The notes below the pieces were generated by a model that ran no database searches, was not told the DNA's origin, and saw nothing but the letters and a program-made list of their open reading frames with translations. This document shows positions 37,389 through 50,045 of a DNA stretch of 64,000 bases, piece after piece. The stretch is taken from contig NW_024704742.1 of assembly GCF_018977255.1 (NCBI RefSeq), positions 14,386,001-14,450,000 on the forward strand. Direction: 5' to 3'. Source of the stretch: Callorhinchus milii (taxonomy: Eukaryota). Position 1 is the stretch's first letter. Each line of letters opens with the position of its first letter. The position numbers were made by a program, and so were the translations under genes.

Positions 37389-38692
37389 GCAAGTGGTCTG
37401 ATCTAGGGACACAATTTCCAGTGAGCCTAGACTGTCATTGATTTTGCTCAGAATTCAAGCGATTGCACAAAAAGACACCTTTTTATTGTTAGATTGGATT
37501 ACCCAGAGAATGCAGAATGGGCAATTAATTCTTATATTCTTTGGTCTGTGGTAAAATGGAAGCTCTATTCGCTTCTCTGATTACTTTAAGAAGTTCTTTT
37601 ATAGCGTTGTGAATGGTGTTATTCACTCGGGCCACATTGAAATGCAGATTGGGAAGGATTGAAGAGGCTATGAATGTGACTTCACTTCATAGGATATTCG
37701 AAGTGCAGTAAAGCTTCTTATTGTTTTCTTTGCATTTACCTGTTTCTATAGCTCAGCAGCATTGTATTTGCCAGCTCTGCACCAAATAAAATCATCATAA
37801 GAGGGGCTGAAAATTAAACTATATTAAATTTCAAAAATATCTAATTTAATAATTTCACTATTTTTTCACAACAGTGTTATCAAACCATGTAGCTCTGTTC
37901 CTCTGCCTTTAGCCCTGAAATCTTACCAGCTTTTCCTCCTGTTGCCACACACATTGATGTTTTAAATTAGCTATTTATCAGTACCCCCAGACCCTGCTCC
38001 TGGATTGTGTCCTGTAACCACCTTCTATTTCAAGTATTTTCCCACTGCTTATTTCCCCCAACTGTCGCATAATTTTTAATTTGTCGACATTAAGCATCTG
38101 CTAATTTTACAAAATTATCAAGCATGAGTGATATTAAGGTTAAGTATGTTGCAAAAACTGCATGTTTAGTCGACAACATAAATATGGCATTTAACATCTC
38201 TAATTAAAAATCGAAAGTTGACCTTTTCGTAACATCAGAATTTGGTCTACAGATATCAAATAAAGTGCAGACAGCCCTGCAGAGCTAAATCATGCAATCT
38301 TGATTTGAGCTAATTCCATTTGAATGGTTGCCAAGTGAGGGATAAGTAGTTCCCCAAAGAGAGGAAAAAAATGAGTGTATTGCCCATTGCCACTCTTTCA
38401 CAACTCATAACAGCCATCTCTTGTGGCATTGGCAGTGTTCTGCAAACAAATTTTCCGACAGCAGATATCAGTACTTTCTTTAATTAAACCTGCCAAAAGC
38501 AAAAAAAGAGAAAAAAGGAGGTGGGGAATGAGACTTATAGCAGTCAAATAGTAAAATGAGGCAGAAGTTTCTGAGAAAAGGCAGTCGAAATAATTAGTAT
38601 CACAGATTTCTTACAAATGAAATATTAATTCCATAATGACTTAGTTGAACAGAATACACTACTTTCTGACTATTTTGATCTATATTTTTCAG

Positions 38693-38903
38693 GAACATTG
38701 CCTAATGGGTATCAAAGGGACAGTACGCAGAAGTACAGATGGTGATTTTATTCATGCAAATGTCGACATTGACCTTATTATTACAGAAGAGCCAGAGATT
38801 GGCAATCTTGAAAAACCAGTCGAAATATTTCACATCATTGAACATTTCTGTCTGGGACGAAGAAGATTACATCTCTTTGGAAGGGACAGCACAATAAGGC
38901 CTG
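38693..38903 (+). CDS. METTL14: METTL14 exon 10 ([25 protein letters not shown]...[12 protein letters not shown])
   Basis: Lies inside ORF 38645..38911; acceptor tttcag|GAA; donor G|gtgggt. Confidence 0.97.
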
Positions 38904-39294
38904 GTGGGTGACGCATCTTTGTGAAAATACATTTTATTATTTGGTCTAGTCTGTTTATATAAAAGAATTGCTACTCCCTTAAACACACGCAGATTTGAGA
39001 TTTACTAGAACAAAAGTGCTACACAGGCTCCCCTGATTGCCTATAGCCACTCTTTCACATCTCATACATTGTGTCATGTGATGTAAGCAGAACAGATCAG
39101 GAAGTATCTGCATTCAATCTTTGGTTTCCACTGAATTACCTGATCATTGCTAGTATCCCCCACTGCTCTCAAATTAGGGAAAGGAAGGAAATGTTATCAG
39201 TAATCGTCCTTGCTTTTGATATATGCTTTCATGTCAGGAGAACAACTCGAAGCCCTTCACGGGATATAATGTAAAGTGTAATGTCTATTTATAG

Positions 39295-39723
39295 GCCAAT
39301 GCCTTATCATATCATTGAGACGTGTGAAAGCATATCACAGGATATACTACAAAGTGGTTCTGATTATATTTTGCAAAACGTGGCATACAGCAGTGTCCGC
39401 CAAACAGTCATGGAGTGAATGACCAATTTTATTTGGGGGATTTGTTGGCCAGGACACTGAGAAAAACCTCTTTTCAAATAGTGCCATGGGATATTTAACA
39501 TCCACCAGAACAGGCAAAAGAGACCTCAATTTTAAAGTTTCACCTGAAGGCTCCAATTTGCACCTTTGCAACATAACATTGCATAACATAACATTGCAAC
39601 ATAACCCCAGTACTGCATTGAAATGTCATCTTAGACTATGTGATTCCAAGATCTGATGTGGGACTTAAACCCACAACCTTCTGACTCAGAGACGAGTGTG
39701 CTACCATTGAGCTTAGCTGACCC
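39295..39723 (-). mobile_element. Deu-type SINE, near full length, with internal (CATAA)n expansion at about 39567-39604
   Basis: tRNA-like head (reverse complement agctcaatggtagcacactcgtctctgagtcagaaggttgtgggtttaagtccca), Deu-like core and 3' region. Confidence 0.8.
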
Positions 39724-40074
39724 ACAACTGCAATGAATTTACCACAGAATTTGAAAGAAAATGGGATTGGTATAGAGCAGTAGTGGCAACCCATCACCCT
39801 TGGGCCATAAGTGGCCCATGTGGCCATCAAGTGGCGTCCCGACCATTCGCATTAATCTAGATGAACCGTTTTTCTGTTTTGTTCCCAGTTTTTTTTAAAA
39901 TTTGATTTATGGAATGATCAAGAAATATGCAATCAAAAAAGTATATTTTGTTGACCAACCAAAAAGGTTGGCCACCACTGGAATGGAGGTTCATCTTTAG
40001 CTGTAACCTAACAGGTGTATTGCCAGCTCTGTGGTTGACCATTTAATTTTATTGAGTATTTTGAAATGTAAAGG

Positions 40075-40632
40075 CACACAAAATATACAATCAATTCACT
40101 TTTACAGGATATTCTGCGAAGTGCTTTGAGACTTCTCAAAGATGTGATATGGTGCTATATCAAATGCAAGGATGATTATTATTAAATGAACACATTGTAA
40201 TGAAGAATGCCACATTTTAAACAGGACACCAATGTATATTTTACACCATATTCTTTGAAGCGCTTTGAGACGTCTTGAAGATGTGATATGTCACTATATC
40301 AAATGCAAGGATTATTATTATTATAATGTATATTTTTTAATACATAAAACATTTTCCTAGCTAGAAATAATCTTTTTCTTCTCTTCACTATCAAAAGGAA
40401 AAGGGTGTTTTAACTATATTGTAGTATTCTTCATATGAAATTCCTTTAAAAAAAATAATAAATTGGTGAATTCAATCCACGACTGTTTGTGGGAAACCTC
40501 TATGCGCAATTGGCTGCTGCGTTTTGCCCACAAAATATACAGTCACTTTACAGAATATTCTGTGAAGCCCTTTTGAGACATCTCGAAGACGTGAAAAGGC
40601 GCTATATCAAATGCAAGGATTATTATTATTAA
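40075..40632 (+). mobile_element. Cluster of three same-orientation SINE 3' fragments
   Basis: Three atcaaatgcaaggat tails at about 40160, 40300 and 40610. The middle one is flanked by aatgtatatttt direct repeats (40231-40242, 40325-40336). Confidence 0.85.
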
Positions 40633-40903
40633 AGCAGTGAAATTGTTTTGAGCATAATCCAATGAATTTTGAGCTGTTTAAAATGAAACACTTTTCCTTA
40701 ATTGTATTCCTCACACTAAAATGACTCCCCTGAGGCTGAAATGTCTTAATTGAACATTGATGGAAGTGCTGTGAGGTAAATTAGGCAGTTTTGCTTCTGG
40801 AGATACTAAGATGTAGTGGTTTTCAAAGCATCTCTGAAGGTAGAAATTATCATTTTGTTTGAACTAGTAACTTTGTCAGGACCAGTAGATTGAAGTGATT
40901 GCA

Positions 40904-41041
40904 TTCGGTCACCCTCCTACCTCTGCCCTCCATCTCTCCTGATCCCAACCACCAGCTCGGGTACGGATCCTTAACTGTCCAGCGTCTTGGAACGTCTTCC
41001 TGATGTGAAAGGCGTAATACAAATGTCATTTGTTGTTATAG
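40904..41041 (+). mobile_element. Short L2 3' fragment flanked by 32-bp direct repeats
   Basis: L2 tail aactgtccagcgtcttggaacgtcttcctgatgtgaaaggcg; repeats at 40872-40903 and 41042-41073. Confidence 0.85.
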
Positions 41042-43149
41042 TTTGTCAAGACCAGTAGATTGAAGTGAATGCAGATTATCTAACAGTAGACTAGAATGTT
41101 ATTTTTTTTTCCTGGTGCTTTAAGCAATTTACTCATATGTTCCCAATCTCAGCTTTATGGGAACATATTGAGCTGCTATTTTTTGCCACTGTTTGAATTT
41201 TTAATGTAATAGCAAGATGTGTGCTGTTTGTTCCTTTTGAGGTATATATTTAAGAATTTTTTTTCATTTAATAGTTAATATCAATATGTCTTCTGTGGGC
41301 AGGAAATTCAAGCTATTGGTGATCAAAGGTACTTACTAAATCTTTGTAAGAAATGATCAAACCTTTTTATCACTTTACAAGTTTAATGTGGTTTCCATTT
41401 AAAAAAATCAGCTTGGACACTACAAAGCAGTTAGTTTGCAGTGCTGCAAAAGGAAGACTTTATGGCTTTTTCTTTTATGCTCTATCTGTATTGCTGGAAA
41501 GGAAACAATCTCCTTTTGAGCAGCAGAGTGATGGGTGCAGGAAATCTGATTTATACTTCAGCTCTTCGTTATATTACTCCGGGGGCTAAGTTTTTTTTCA
41601 CCAGATGTCGGAGTTTTGTGGCTGCATAAAGCTTCCCTAACCAGTATTTTCTATATTAATATAAAGCCAGTTGCAAGAATGACTTAATATCATTTTTTAA
41701 AAAAGTTATTTTAAAACGTTCTTGGGCGATCCATTGTAAATGACTTCTGCAACGTAGTCTTGGTAGCTGGATTCTAGCATGATTCTCTTTCAAATTAATC
41801 GTTCAATGCTGTGACAAATTGCCATGATGACCACCGTATAATTTGTGTGCAGTACTTCACCATCAAATTGTAAACAGCATTAAAGCTTAAATAACATGAG
41901 ATATTTTACAAGGTTTCTTAATTTATTCAGCGAATAATGAACTATTAGTTAAAGGGAATATAGTATTTAGATTAAGACAGAGATTTTCAACTTAAATTCT
42001 GTTAATTTGATTCAACTGATCAACCTTGTTAAGGTTTTACGCTTCAGAAGGTGCAATATTCATGGTTTCTTATTGTAACTAATTACTATAATGATAGGTC
42101 AGCATTCCTCAGGGTAGCCTAAGTAGTGTTCTAAAATTGCAGACACATTTGGCTTTATAATATGGAACAAAAGGAAATTAAGTCCATTGAATTTGGAGAC
42201 TGTCCCAGCCGTTCGGAGACTGATGGTAGTGCCAATTTGAAACTGATCCAAAGCCATTTATAGCCAGTCAAATGCTTGCCTGTATAAATTATAAAAATAA
42301 ATTGAACATGGGACAGAAAATTGCTGAGCAAAATATTTATTAGTAAAGGAATTTTATACTCCCAAGGTTTATAATGTGGGTCATTGCTTTTAATTAGCAT
42401 CATACTTGATTATTTATTGTTTTTAAAAACTTTAGTTCAAGACAGTACAATACACTGTTCTGTTTTATGCATTGTAATGTGTGATGCATTAAATACCAAT
42501 TATTTGAACAATTTATGAAGGCGAATGTGGGATTGCAATTGAGGGCTGTAGACCAGTTGTTTTTGACCTTAAACTGTAATAATGTTGATCATTGCTGACC
42601 TCAAACATCACAAAAAATGTTCATCAGAGTTTATGAACTCATATACAGTAAACCCTTGTAACTGGTTTAGAAGTACATTGGAATCTAACACACAATATTC
42701 ACAAACAGATTTGCAAATAGGGATTCCAGAAGTGCTGCACTTGACCTTGGGAAACTCCACTTTAATGAGGTCTTCCAAAATAGAGTGACATAAAAATTGC
42801 TGTTTGTATTTCTTTGTGAATATTGCATTTTAAATATAATAAGGCTTGCATTTGATGTAGAGTCTTACCACTTCATCGAAAAGTGGATGTACACTATTTG
42901 CTATTTTTCTTTAACAGGGAGCGTATCAATATATATATTTTAAAAAAAACTTTTTTCTCCTCCACACATAAGTATAAGTTAAGTTAGAATGCTTGTGGTA
43001 AATGTACAGTTTTATAGGCAATGACACTGACTAATGGTCCCTAGTATTACATTTTATTTGAAAAGGCTCTTAAAAGTGTAAGTACTCTGATCTGTGTTTT
43101 AGAATCTTCAGAATCTATTGTAGTTACCTATTGTACTCCAATACTTAAT

Positions 43150-43515
43150 AATGCTGCATTGTCAGCGGTGCTGTCCTTCAGGTGAGATGATAAACTGAGG
43201 CCCAATCTAACTATTCAGATGGTCGTTAAAGATCTCCTGACACTATTCGAAAAGAGACTAGAATTCTGATTGCCATCGGCGGTCAAGCTTTGAGCCTTTT
43301 TGCACCCACTCTCTGGAACTCCAATTGTGCAAATTCTTCCACCTTGGCCCTTTCCTCACTTCCTTCACGGGCCTTCAGTCAACTTTCCACCTCCACCACC
43401 TTGGTCCCCACCTTTCCTGAATTTAACCATCAGCTCAACCCCTCAATTGTTCAGCAGCTTGTGATGTCCTCCCTATGTGAAAGGCATTATATAAATGCAA
43501 TTTGTTGTCGTTGTA
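43150..43515 (+). mobile_element. Deu-type SINE fragment followed by an L2 3' fragment
   Basis: Deu-like core at 43155-43260; L2 ccatcggcggtcaagc...gtgaaaggcattatataaatgcaatttgttg at 43273-43515. Confidence 0.7.
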
Positions 43516-43627
43516 ACCAGATTTAAATTTTGTCTTTGTTTCTTCAGTTTAATTTTGAACACATTGTTTCACTCTAAATTAATAGCCCTGAATTCTGATC
43601 CCTAATTTATCTTTGTTCTTTTTCTAG

Positions 43628-43941
43628 GTTGGCTCACTGTGGGCCCTGGACCTACAAACAGTAACTTTAATGCTGAAACTTATAACTCGTACTTTACTGG
43701 CCCAAACGTGCACCTGACTGGTTGTACAGAAGAGATTGAGAGACTTCGACCTAAGTCACCACCTCCAAAGTCAAAATCTGATCGAGGAGGTGGAGCAGCC
43801 AGAGGTGGTGGACGAGGTGGGGCTTCAGCAGGACGTGGTGAGAGGGGAAGAGAACGAAACCGAGGAAACTTCAGGGGAGAAAGGGGGGGATTTCGAGGGG
43901 GGCGTGGTGGAGCTCACAGAGGAGGATTTGCTTCTCGATGA
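43628..43941 (+). CDS. METTL14: METTL14 last coding exon ([14 protein letters not shown]...RPKSPPPK...RGG tail, stop)
   Basis: Acceptor ttctag|GT; ORF 43639..43941; RGG/RG repeats; TGA at 43939-43941. Confidence 0.97.
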
Positions 43942-46045
43942 TGGTTCTCCAAAGTAGCTGAAAGTAAACTCAGTTGACATTGCATGACTGCTGAGCTTCA
44001 GTATCTGTCTGAATTATCAGCACTGCTCTACTTTTCTACTTTTTTAAAAAAAACAAGGAATAATTTCATTTATAGTGACAAAAGGCATTGTGTACAAAGG
44101 ACAAAGTTGTGCACTCACATCATGAAAAGTGTTTTATGATGAATGAAGTGCAGTATAGTTGCGTTCAAATCAGTTATACTGTGTATTCACATTGTGTTCC
44201 ATTTAAAACTGTTCAGAACACTTTAAAGCTGCAATATCTGATAACTCAATCCTGTAGTTTGTTTTAGGGTTAAGAATCTGAATAAAACGTGCTTAAAAAA
44301 TATTTTGAAGACAATTATTTTTTCTCATTGGGTAGACATTTGATTGAACTGCGCAGTCTTTTGTATATTGAAGTGGGTTGATTAAAACCAATATTTTATT
44401 CCAGTTTTGCAAAACATGCAATATAAGTGAGATTTTCCATTTTAGCTCCAGTTAAAACCATCTTCAAACATTGCTTTTACTGCTGCTAAATATCTGAATA
44501 TAAATGCTCATCCTTCAATACATAGGACGAAAAAGTATTAGAACCAACTCCTTTAAGTTTATTTCTTTAAACCACTTCTCTTTGGTTTAAAGAAATAAAT
44601 ACTTTCAGTTTCAAAATGCTGAGATCTCCCCGATGGAATAGAAAGTCTTCCCCTGTTTCACACCCAACAACAATAAATTCAATTTGTATAGCACCTTTCA
44701 CGTCAAGAGAACATCCCAAGGAGACCCATTCAGGGTCAGGGATTTAATGTGAACTCCCTTTACATTTTCTCCTCTCCCCTACCCACCTACAAAAAATATT
44801 ACACACAATCTCAATCTTGGAAGTGCCCCAACTGCAGCAATTTTGAATTTACATTTTATCCCTTTATCAACATTATGACATTTTGATTCCCTTGTTAATA
44901 CTAATATTTTTATTCTATATAATTCTAGTGCAGAGCCACTGAATAAAGAAGCAGCTCCCACCCTATATTTTCCACATCTCGTCCAATCCTCAATTTCTCT
45001 TTTAAATTTCTCACACTTTTTGTTTTTCACGTGGAGTCCAGTAGCTCAGTGATTAGAGCACTCGCTTTGCAAGCGAGAGACCTGAGTTCAATTCCAGGCA
45101 GGGCGAACCTTGGGCAAGTTTCCTTACTCCACACAGAGCCTAATAATAATCCCTCCAAAACCAAAAACAATAATAATTTGGTCATTTTCAATCTACGACT
45201 GTTTGTGGGACATTGCTGTGTGCAATTGGCTGCCGCGTTCACCCACAAATATACAGTCAATTCGCTTTACAGTGTATTCTGTGAAGTGCTTTGGGACGTC
45301 CTCCCGACGTGAAAAGCGCTATATCAAATGCAAGGATTATCATTAAATCTCATCACATATTTTTCGTGCTATTCTACCATTTCCCAGGGTATTGCTCCAG
45401 GATGCTACTCTGCGTGAAGGACACTATATAAATGCAAGTTGTTATTGTTGTTCCCATTGCTCCATGTATCAAACTTCAGAATGTATGCATGTTGTTTAGC
45501 AAGGAATTGGAAGAGAAGAATGATCAGTGTGGGAGCAGTAGCAAGAAATATCTGGATGAATGCAACCCAAGTAAGAAACCCTTAGTCAATATAAATCATG
45601 AATAAATGTTTAAATCGTGGGTTAACAACAAAGGCAACAGGACACACATCTACTTTTGGTAGCGACCAATAGTTTTTAATACAGGAATCTTTACAAATTC
45701 TTTATTCGTTTCATTATGCCATGCAAACAAATTGCTGTTTGTTTCACAGGTACTGATTTTGTGGAATTAAGTTACTGTTCAAAAATTACACTACCAGTGT
45801 TTTTTTAGGAATGGATGTACTGTATTTAGATTGTTTTGCTAAAACTGTAGGGCTGGATTCCGGATATTTGCAGCTTTAAATATGTAGTTTGTAATGAACT
45901 CCAAATAATCAAAATTTACAAAATTGTTTTTACTGCACTGACATACAGTAAAAAAAAGTTCTGCTGCTTGTTTTGACAGAATTTGTGTTATTATTCACTG
46001 TGTTTTTTTCAAAACTGAATAAACTGCATTTTTAAATTATGAAAC
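43942..46045 (+). other. METTL14: Candidate METTL14 3'UTR with several polyadenylation signals
   Basis: AATAAA at 44281, 44594, 44942, 45601 and 46018. The true end cannot be fixed from sequence. Confidence 0.45.
45033..45345 (+). mobile_element. tRNA-derived SINE, short form, young
   Basis: Complete head, body and tail; near-identical to 58480-58815. Confidence 0.93.
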
Positions 46046-46769
46046 CTAATTCCTACTTGTATACTGGTTTTAAATACAACTGAGTCTCTGAGAACCCACA
46101 AGGCAATGCTGGCGTAGCGCTACTTTTTATTTCGATTCTATTGCTTCATTGAGTAGCTCTTGCTTTTGTACAGCAGTGAGGTAAAAGATCACTTGACTGA
46201 TTAGGATGCGAATTCTCGGGAGACGAGATGGAGTTTTCGGAACGTGAACGACCTGGTGTCAGTATCACTAACACCAGGACACCACAGCTGATAGGAGAAA
46301 ACATTGAAGAGGACAAGGAAGGATAGATACAATGAGACCCAATGGGCATTTTGTTTGTAACTTTCATTTAACCCTTTTGTTGTTGATACCATTAATCATA
46401 CAAGGTTTCTGGGTCATGAGCTCCAATATACTGATTTTGAAGCTATTTTGTTAAAGACTCACTCCCCTTTTGATGTACCTCTGGCAATAATTCACAGTGA
46501 AAAGAAAAGGTGAAAAGTTCATTGTGAATGAACTCTCCAGGTGTTTTCCTCTGTAAAGTGTATTGGGTAGTGTCTTTACCACATTGGGAGAATTTAATAT
46601 GATACCATAATACTCACAGTGAATAGAATACTTTATCCTTGTCTTCTAGATACACTCTAGTTGACAATTTAATGAAGGTGATGTCTCAGAGGGGACCTTA
46701 TACAGAATGGAATTGGAAGAGTAAACTTGGAACAATATTTCAAGATGCACCAAGACAGTACAGGAGGAC

Positions 46770-47015
46770 ATAGATTTAGAGTTTCAAATGGCAATTTCAG
46801 AACAGACACCATGAAGCACTTCAAAGCACTTTCTTTACACAGAAAGTAATTAATGAATGGAACAGAACACCATGAAGGGCATTAGAAGCAAAGACACTGA
46901 AGTCTTTTTTTTTTAAAATAGACGTGCTGTGATGAGAGGATGGTAGGGTGTTATGCCGGAAGGATGAGCTCAAATGAATTGAAGGGCCTTCTTCAACTGA
47001 ACCAATCTTGTGTGA
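46770..47015 (+). mobile_element. Old CR1 3' fragment
   Basis: ttctttacacagaaagtaattaatgaatggaacag encodes an FFTQKVINEWN motif, followed by a gggccttcttc tail. Confidence 0.65.
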
Positions 47016-49059
47016 CATTAATGCCTCAGTGCCTTACTTGGTTTTATGTGAAAGTGTTAATTAGGTGATATAATAGAGGATCACTTATTTCACTCACTCC
47101 TAATCTTATGTTTGATACTTTTCATGTCTGGAGGAGATTTCAAAGCACTTTCTTCACAGGATGCACTGTAAAGTGTGACTATAATTTGTAACCAAACATA
47201 TCAGTATACTTACCCATCAGTTGTTTTAAACCATGGTACCTGTATGATAATTGATAATCTACGATTCCTGTAGTTTCACCTTGTCTCATACAACAGCTTG
47301 CTTTTAGCTCCCTTTACGTAACGTTTTAGAGCTCATCACAAGGACAGTGTTGGATCCTGAGCAATGGACAAGGGGGATGTGACTATTTGCACAGGCAACA
47401 AGGAAAGGTTTTAAGTTCACTTAAAGATACATGGGAGTAAAAATAATATGCACTAAGTAAACACACCGACTGAGCATGTTGCCAGTCTCTAAGTCATTTT
47501 ATTGAACTGTTTATAACATTTGGATCTTCAGTAGTGAATCACAGGGCATATCAATCACCAGCTTTATGTTGTAAGCAATGTCACAAGAGATTGATTCAGA
47601 GCAGGATTAATATTTCCTGCTCCTAATCACTCAAACTTGGGATTGAAAACTGCCAATATTTGATTAATCTGACCACACAATCAGCACTTTGGTAATAATA
47701 AAAAAATTCCCTACGAATTCTTGTGCAAATCATTTTTGAGCAGAGTTTAAAGAGCACTTTATGCCTTGATTTAGATTGCAATGAATCTATGTCCTGATAA
47801 AACCCATCTTCTCAAGGTGGGATTGGCAGCCAGGCTTCGGTATTAATCAAACACAAATTGTACTAAGTATTTTGTGGTTATTTGGCAAAAATTTGTTCCA
47901 AATCACTCTTAAAAACAAAGTATAAACCAGACAATAAGATCTTTGTCTATCACATTTCTGTAGTCTTTTATCAGAAAGATCTAGGGCAAGTATGCTCAGT
48001 ATATATAAGCAATACCTTGCATAGTTATGTATTCATTGATGCTGATTTTTATTATTTATAACAAAAACAGAATCAAAGTGGAATGATTACTTGCAGCAAA
48101 GAAAACAAATTTATATTTGTATCCTGACACAACAAAGTGTCAGAGAAATGGTTCTGACACTCAAAGAACTACATAACGGTTTAACATTAATATTTGAGCT
48201 TGAAAATGCATGATCTGCAAACCAGACAATGTGTGATAGGGACTTTGCCTGTGAGAATGAAATTATGGGATTTGCCATAAAATTTGATGTTAAAGAATTG
48301 GGAACAGAAAATTCCGATGTCTAAGAAACTAAGATTTTGTTTCACAACCTATGTATGTTTCTAGGCCTTTTCTCATCTGAGAAAGATCCCAAAAGCAAAA
48401 TGCTGGCTGCAACTATTACTTCCAGTTTGTGAATATCACAATTTCTACCCCATTGTCCAGGACGATTTCTCACATGTGTAAAAAGCACAGCAATGGCATT
48501 GTGTCAGGAAGCACAAGTGAACTGCAAGAGGGACCTTTTGTATATTTCCAGTTCAGTGGGACAAGAAACCATTTGTTAACCTTGACAAAGTGAAGGATAA
48601 TCTTCTTTCACTTTTACGTTAGACAGACTCTTGGGCTGGGTTAGATTATACAAAGAAATGAACATGATTTGACTATAAATATTCCAGGCTTTATAGTGAC
48701 ATCTACAGCTGCCTTCAATCTGTCTGCTCAGCTTTGTAGGGATGTTTGAAAAGTAGAATGTATTATAGTGCTGTTATTCAATATTTATGAGCGTGTAAGG
48801 GTCAAGTGATAATCTCTGATTTATTACTTTTTTTTTACAATTGCTCCTATATACAAGTATCTTGTGTTAATTTTACCAGGTTGAAAACATCCATTCAGAC
48901 TGAATGATTGTGGATTTTAGTTGAGATTTCCAGACATTTTGATCTTCTGAAAAATTAGGCGCAACTCCATCACAATTCCTAAATCCTCAAAGCAGCTTGA
49001 AATTGGTATAACTTTATCAGCTTGACCAACATGGATTTATTGGGGCATTCCATGAAAGC

Positions 49060-50045
49060 CATTGCCTCCCAGCTTCGCTCTTTCTTCTCACTCCCTCCAT
49101 GAATCCCTCCAATCGGGTTTCCGTGCTCAGGTCTACCTTTCACACCGCCTCCACTTCATTGCGGCAAATGGCTTTTCCTCCAGCCCCCGCACCGTCTCAT
49201 GCAGTGTTCCTCAGGGCTCTGTCCTAGGTCCCCTCCTCTTTACCCTCTACATGCTCCCCATTGGTGACATCATCCGCAGACATGGGGTAAATTTCCACAT
49301 GTATGTGGATGACACCCAACTCTACCTCTCTGCCTCCACCCTGAACTCCAGGACAACTGGCATCCTGTCTGACATCAAGTCCTGGACGAGGGCCAATTTT
49401 GTTCAACTCAACGTCAGTAAGACTGAGGTCCTCAAGTCCTGGACAAAGGCCAACTTTTTCCAACTCAACGTCAGCAAGACTGAGGTCTTCCTGATCAGCC
49501 TCCACAACTGCACACTCAACCTCACTAAGCCAGTCAGGAACCTAGGTGTCTTGTTCGACCCTGAACTATCCTTTCTCCCCCACATCCACACCATGACCGG
49601 GACTGCCTATCACCACCTCCGCAACATTGCCAGACTCCGCCACTGCCTCACCCCTCAGGCCTGCCGAAACCCTCACTCACACATTCGTCACATCAAGGCT
49701 TGACTATGGGAACTCCCTCCTCATCAGCCTTCCTAACTCTTCCCTTCACAAGCTGCAGATCATCCAAAACTCTGCAGCTCGTGCACTCTCGCGCACCAGG
49801 CTCCGTGATCCCATCACTCCCACCCTCACCAGACTCCACTGGCTCCTCATCTCCCAGAGGATCGAGTTCAAGATCCTCATCCTCACCTTTAAGGCCATCC
49901 ATGGCCTTGCCCCTTCCTACCTCTCTGACCTGTTGACTCCCTACCAACCTGCCCGCTCCCTCCGTTCAGCGGGCTCCGTATGTCTCCATGTCTCCCGCCC
50001 TACCTGCCCTACCATCGGTGGCCAGGCTTTCAGCCTCTCTGCCTG
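49060..50045 (+). mobile_element. L2 RT fragment with internal deletions and a 57-bp tandem duplication; no 3' tail
   Basis: ORFs contain [22 protein letters not shown] and SRLDYGN. Confidence 0.93.

Larger units (their letters stand above)
15539..43941 (+). other. METTL14: METTL14 gene span, 11 coding exons, 1377 nt CDS = 458 aa
   Basis: Exon lengths 66+89+88+78+88+91+142+93+117+211+314 splice in frame without stops. The protein has the MT-A70-like fold motifs with non-catalytic EPPL and a C-terminal RGG tail. Confidence 0.97.
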
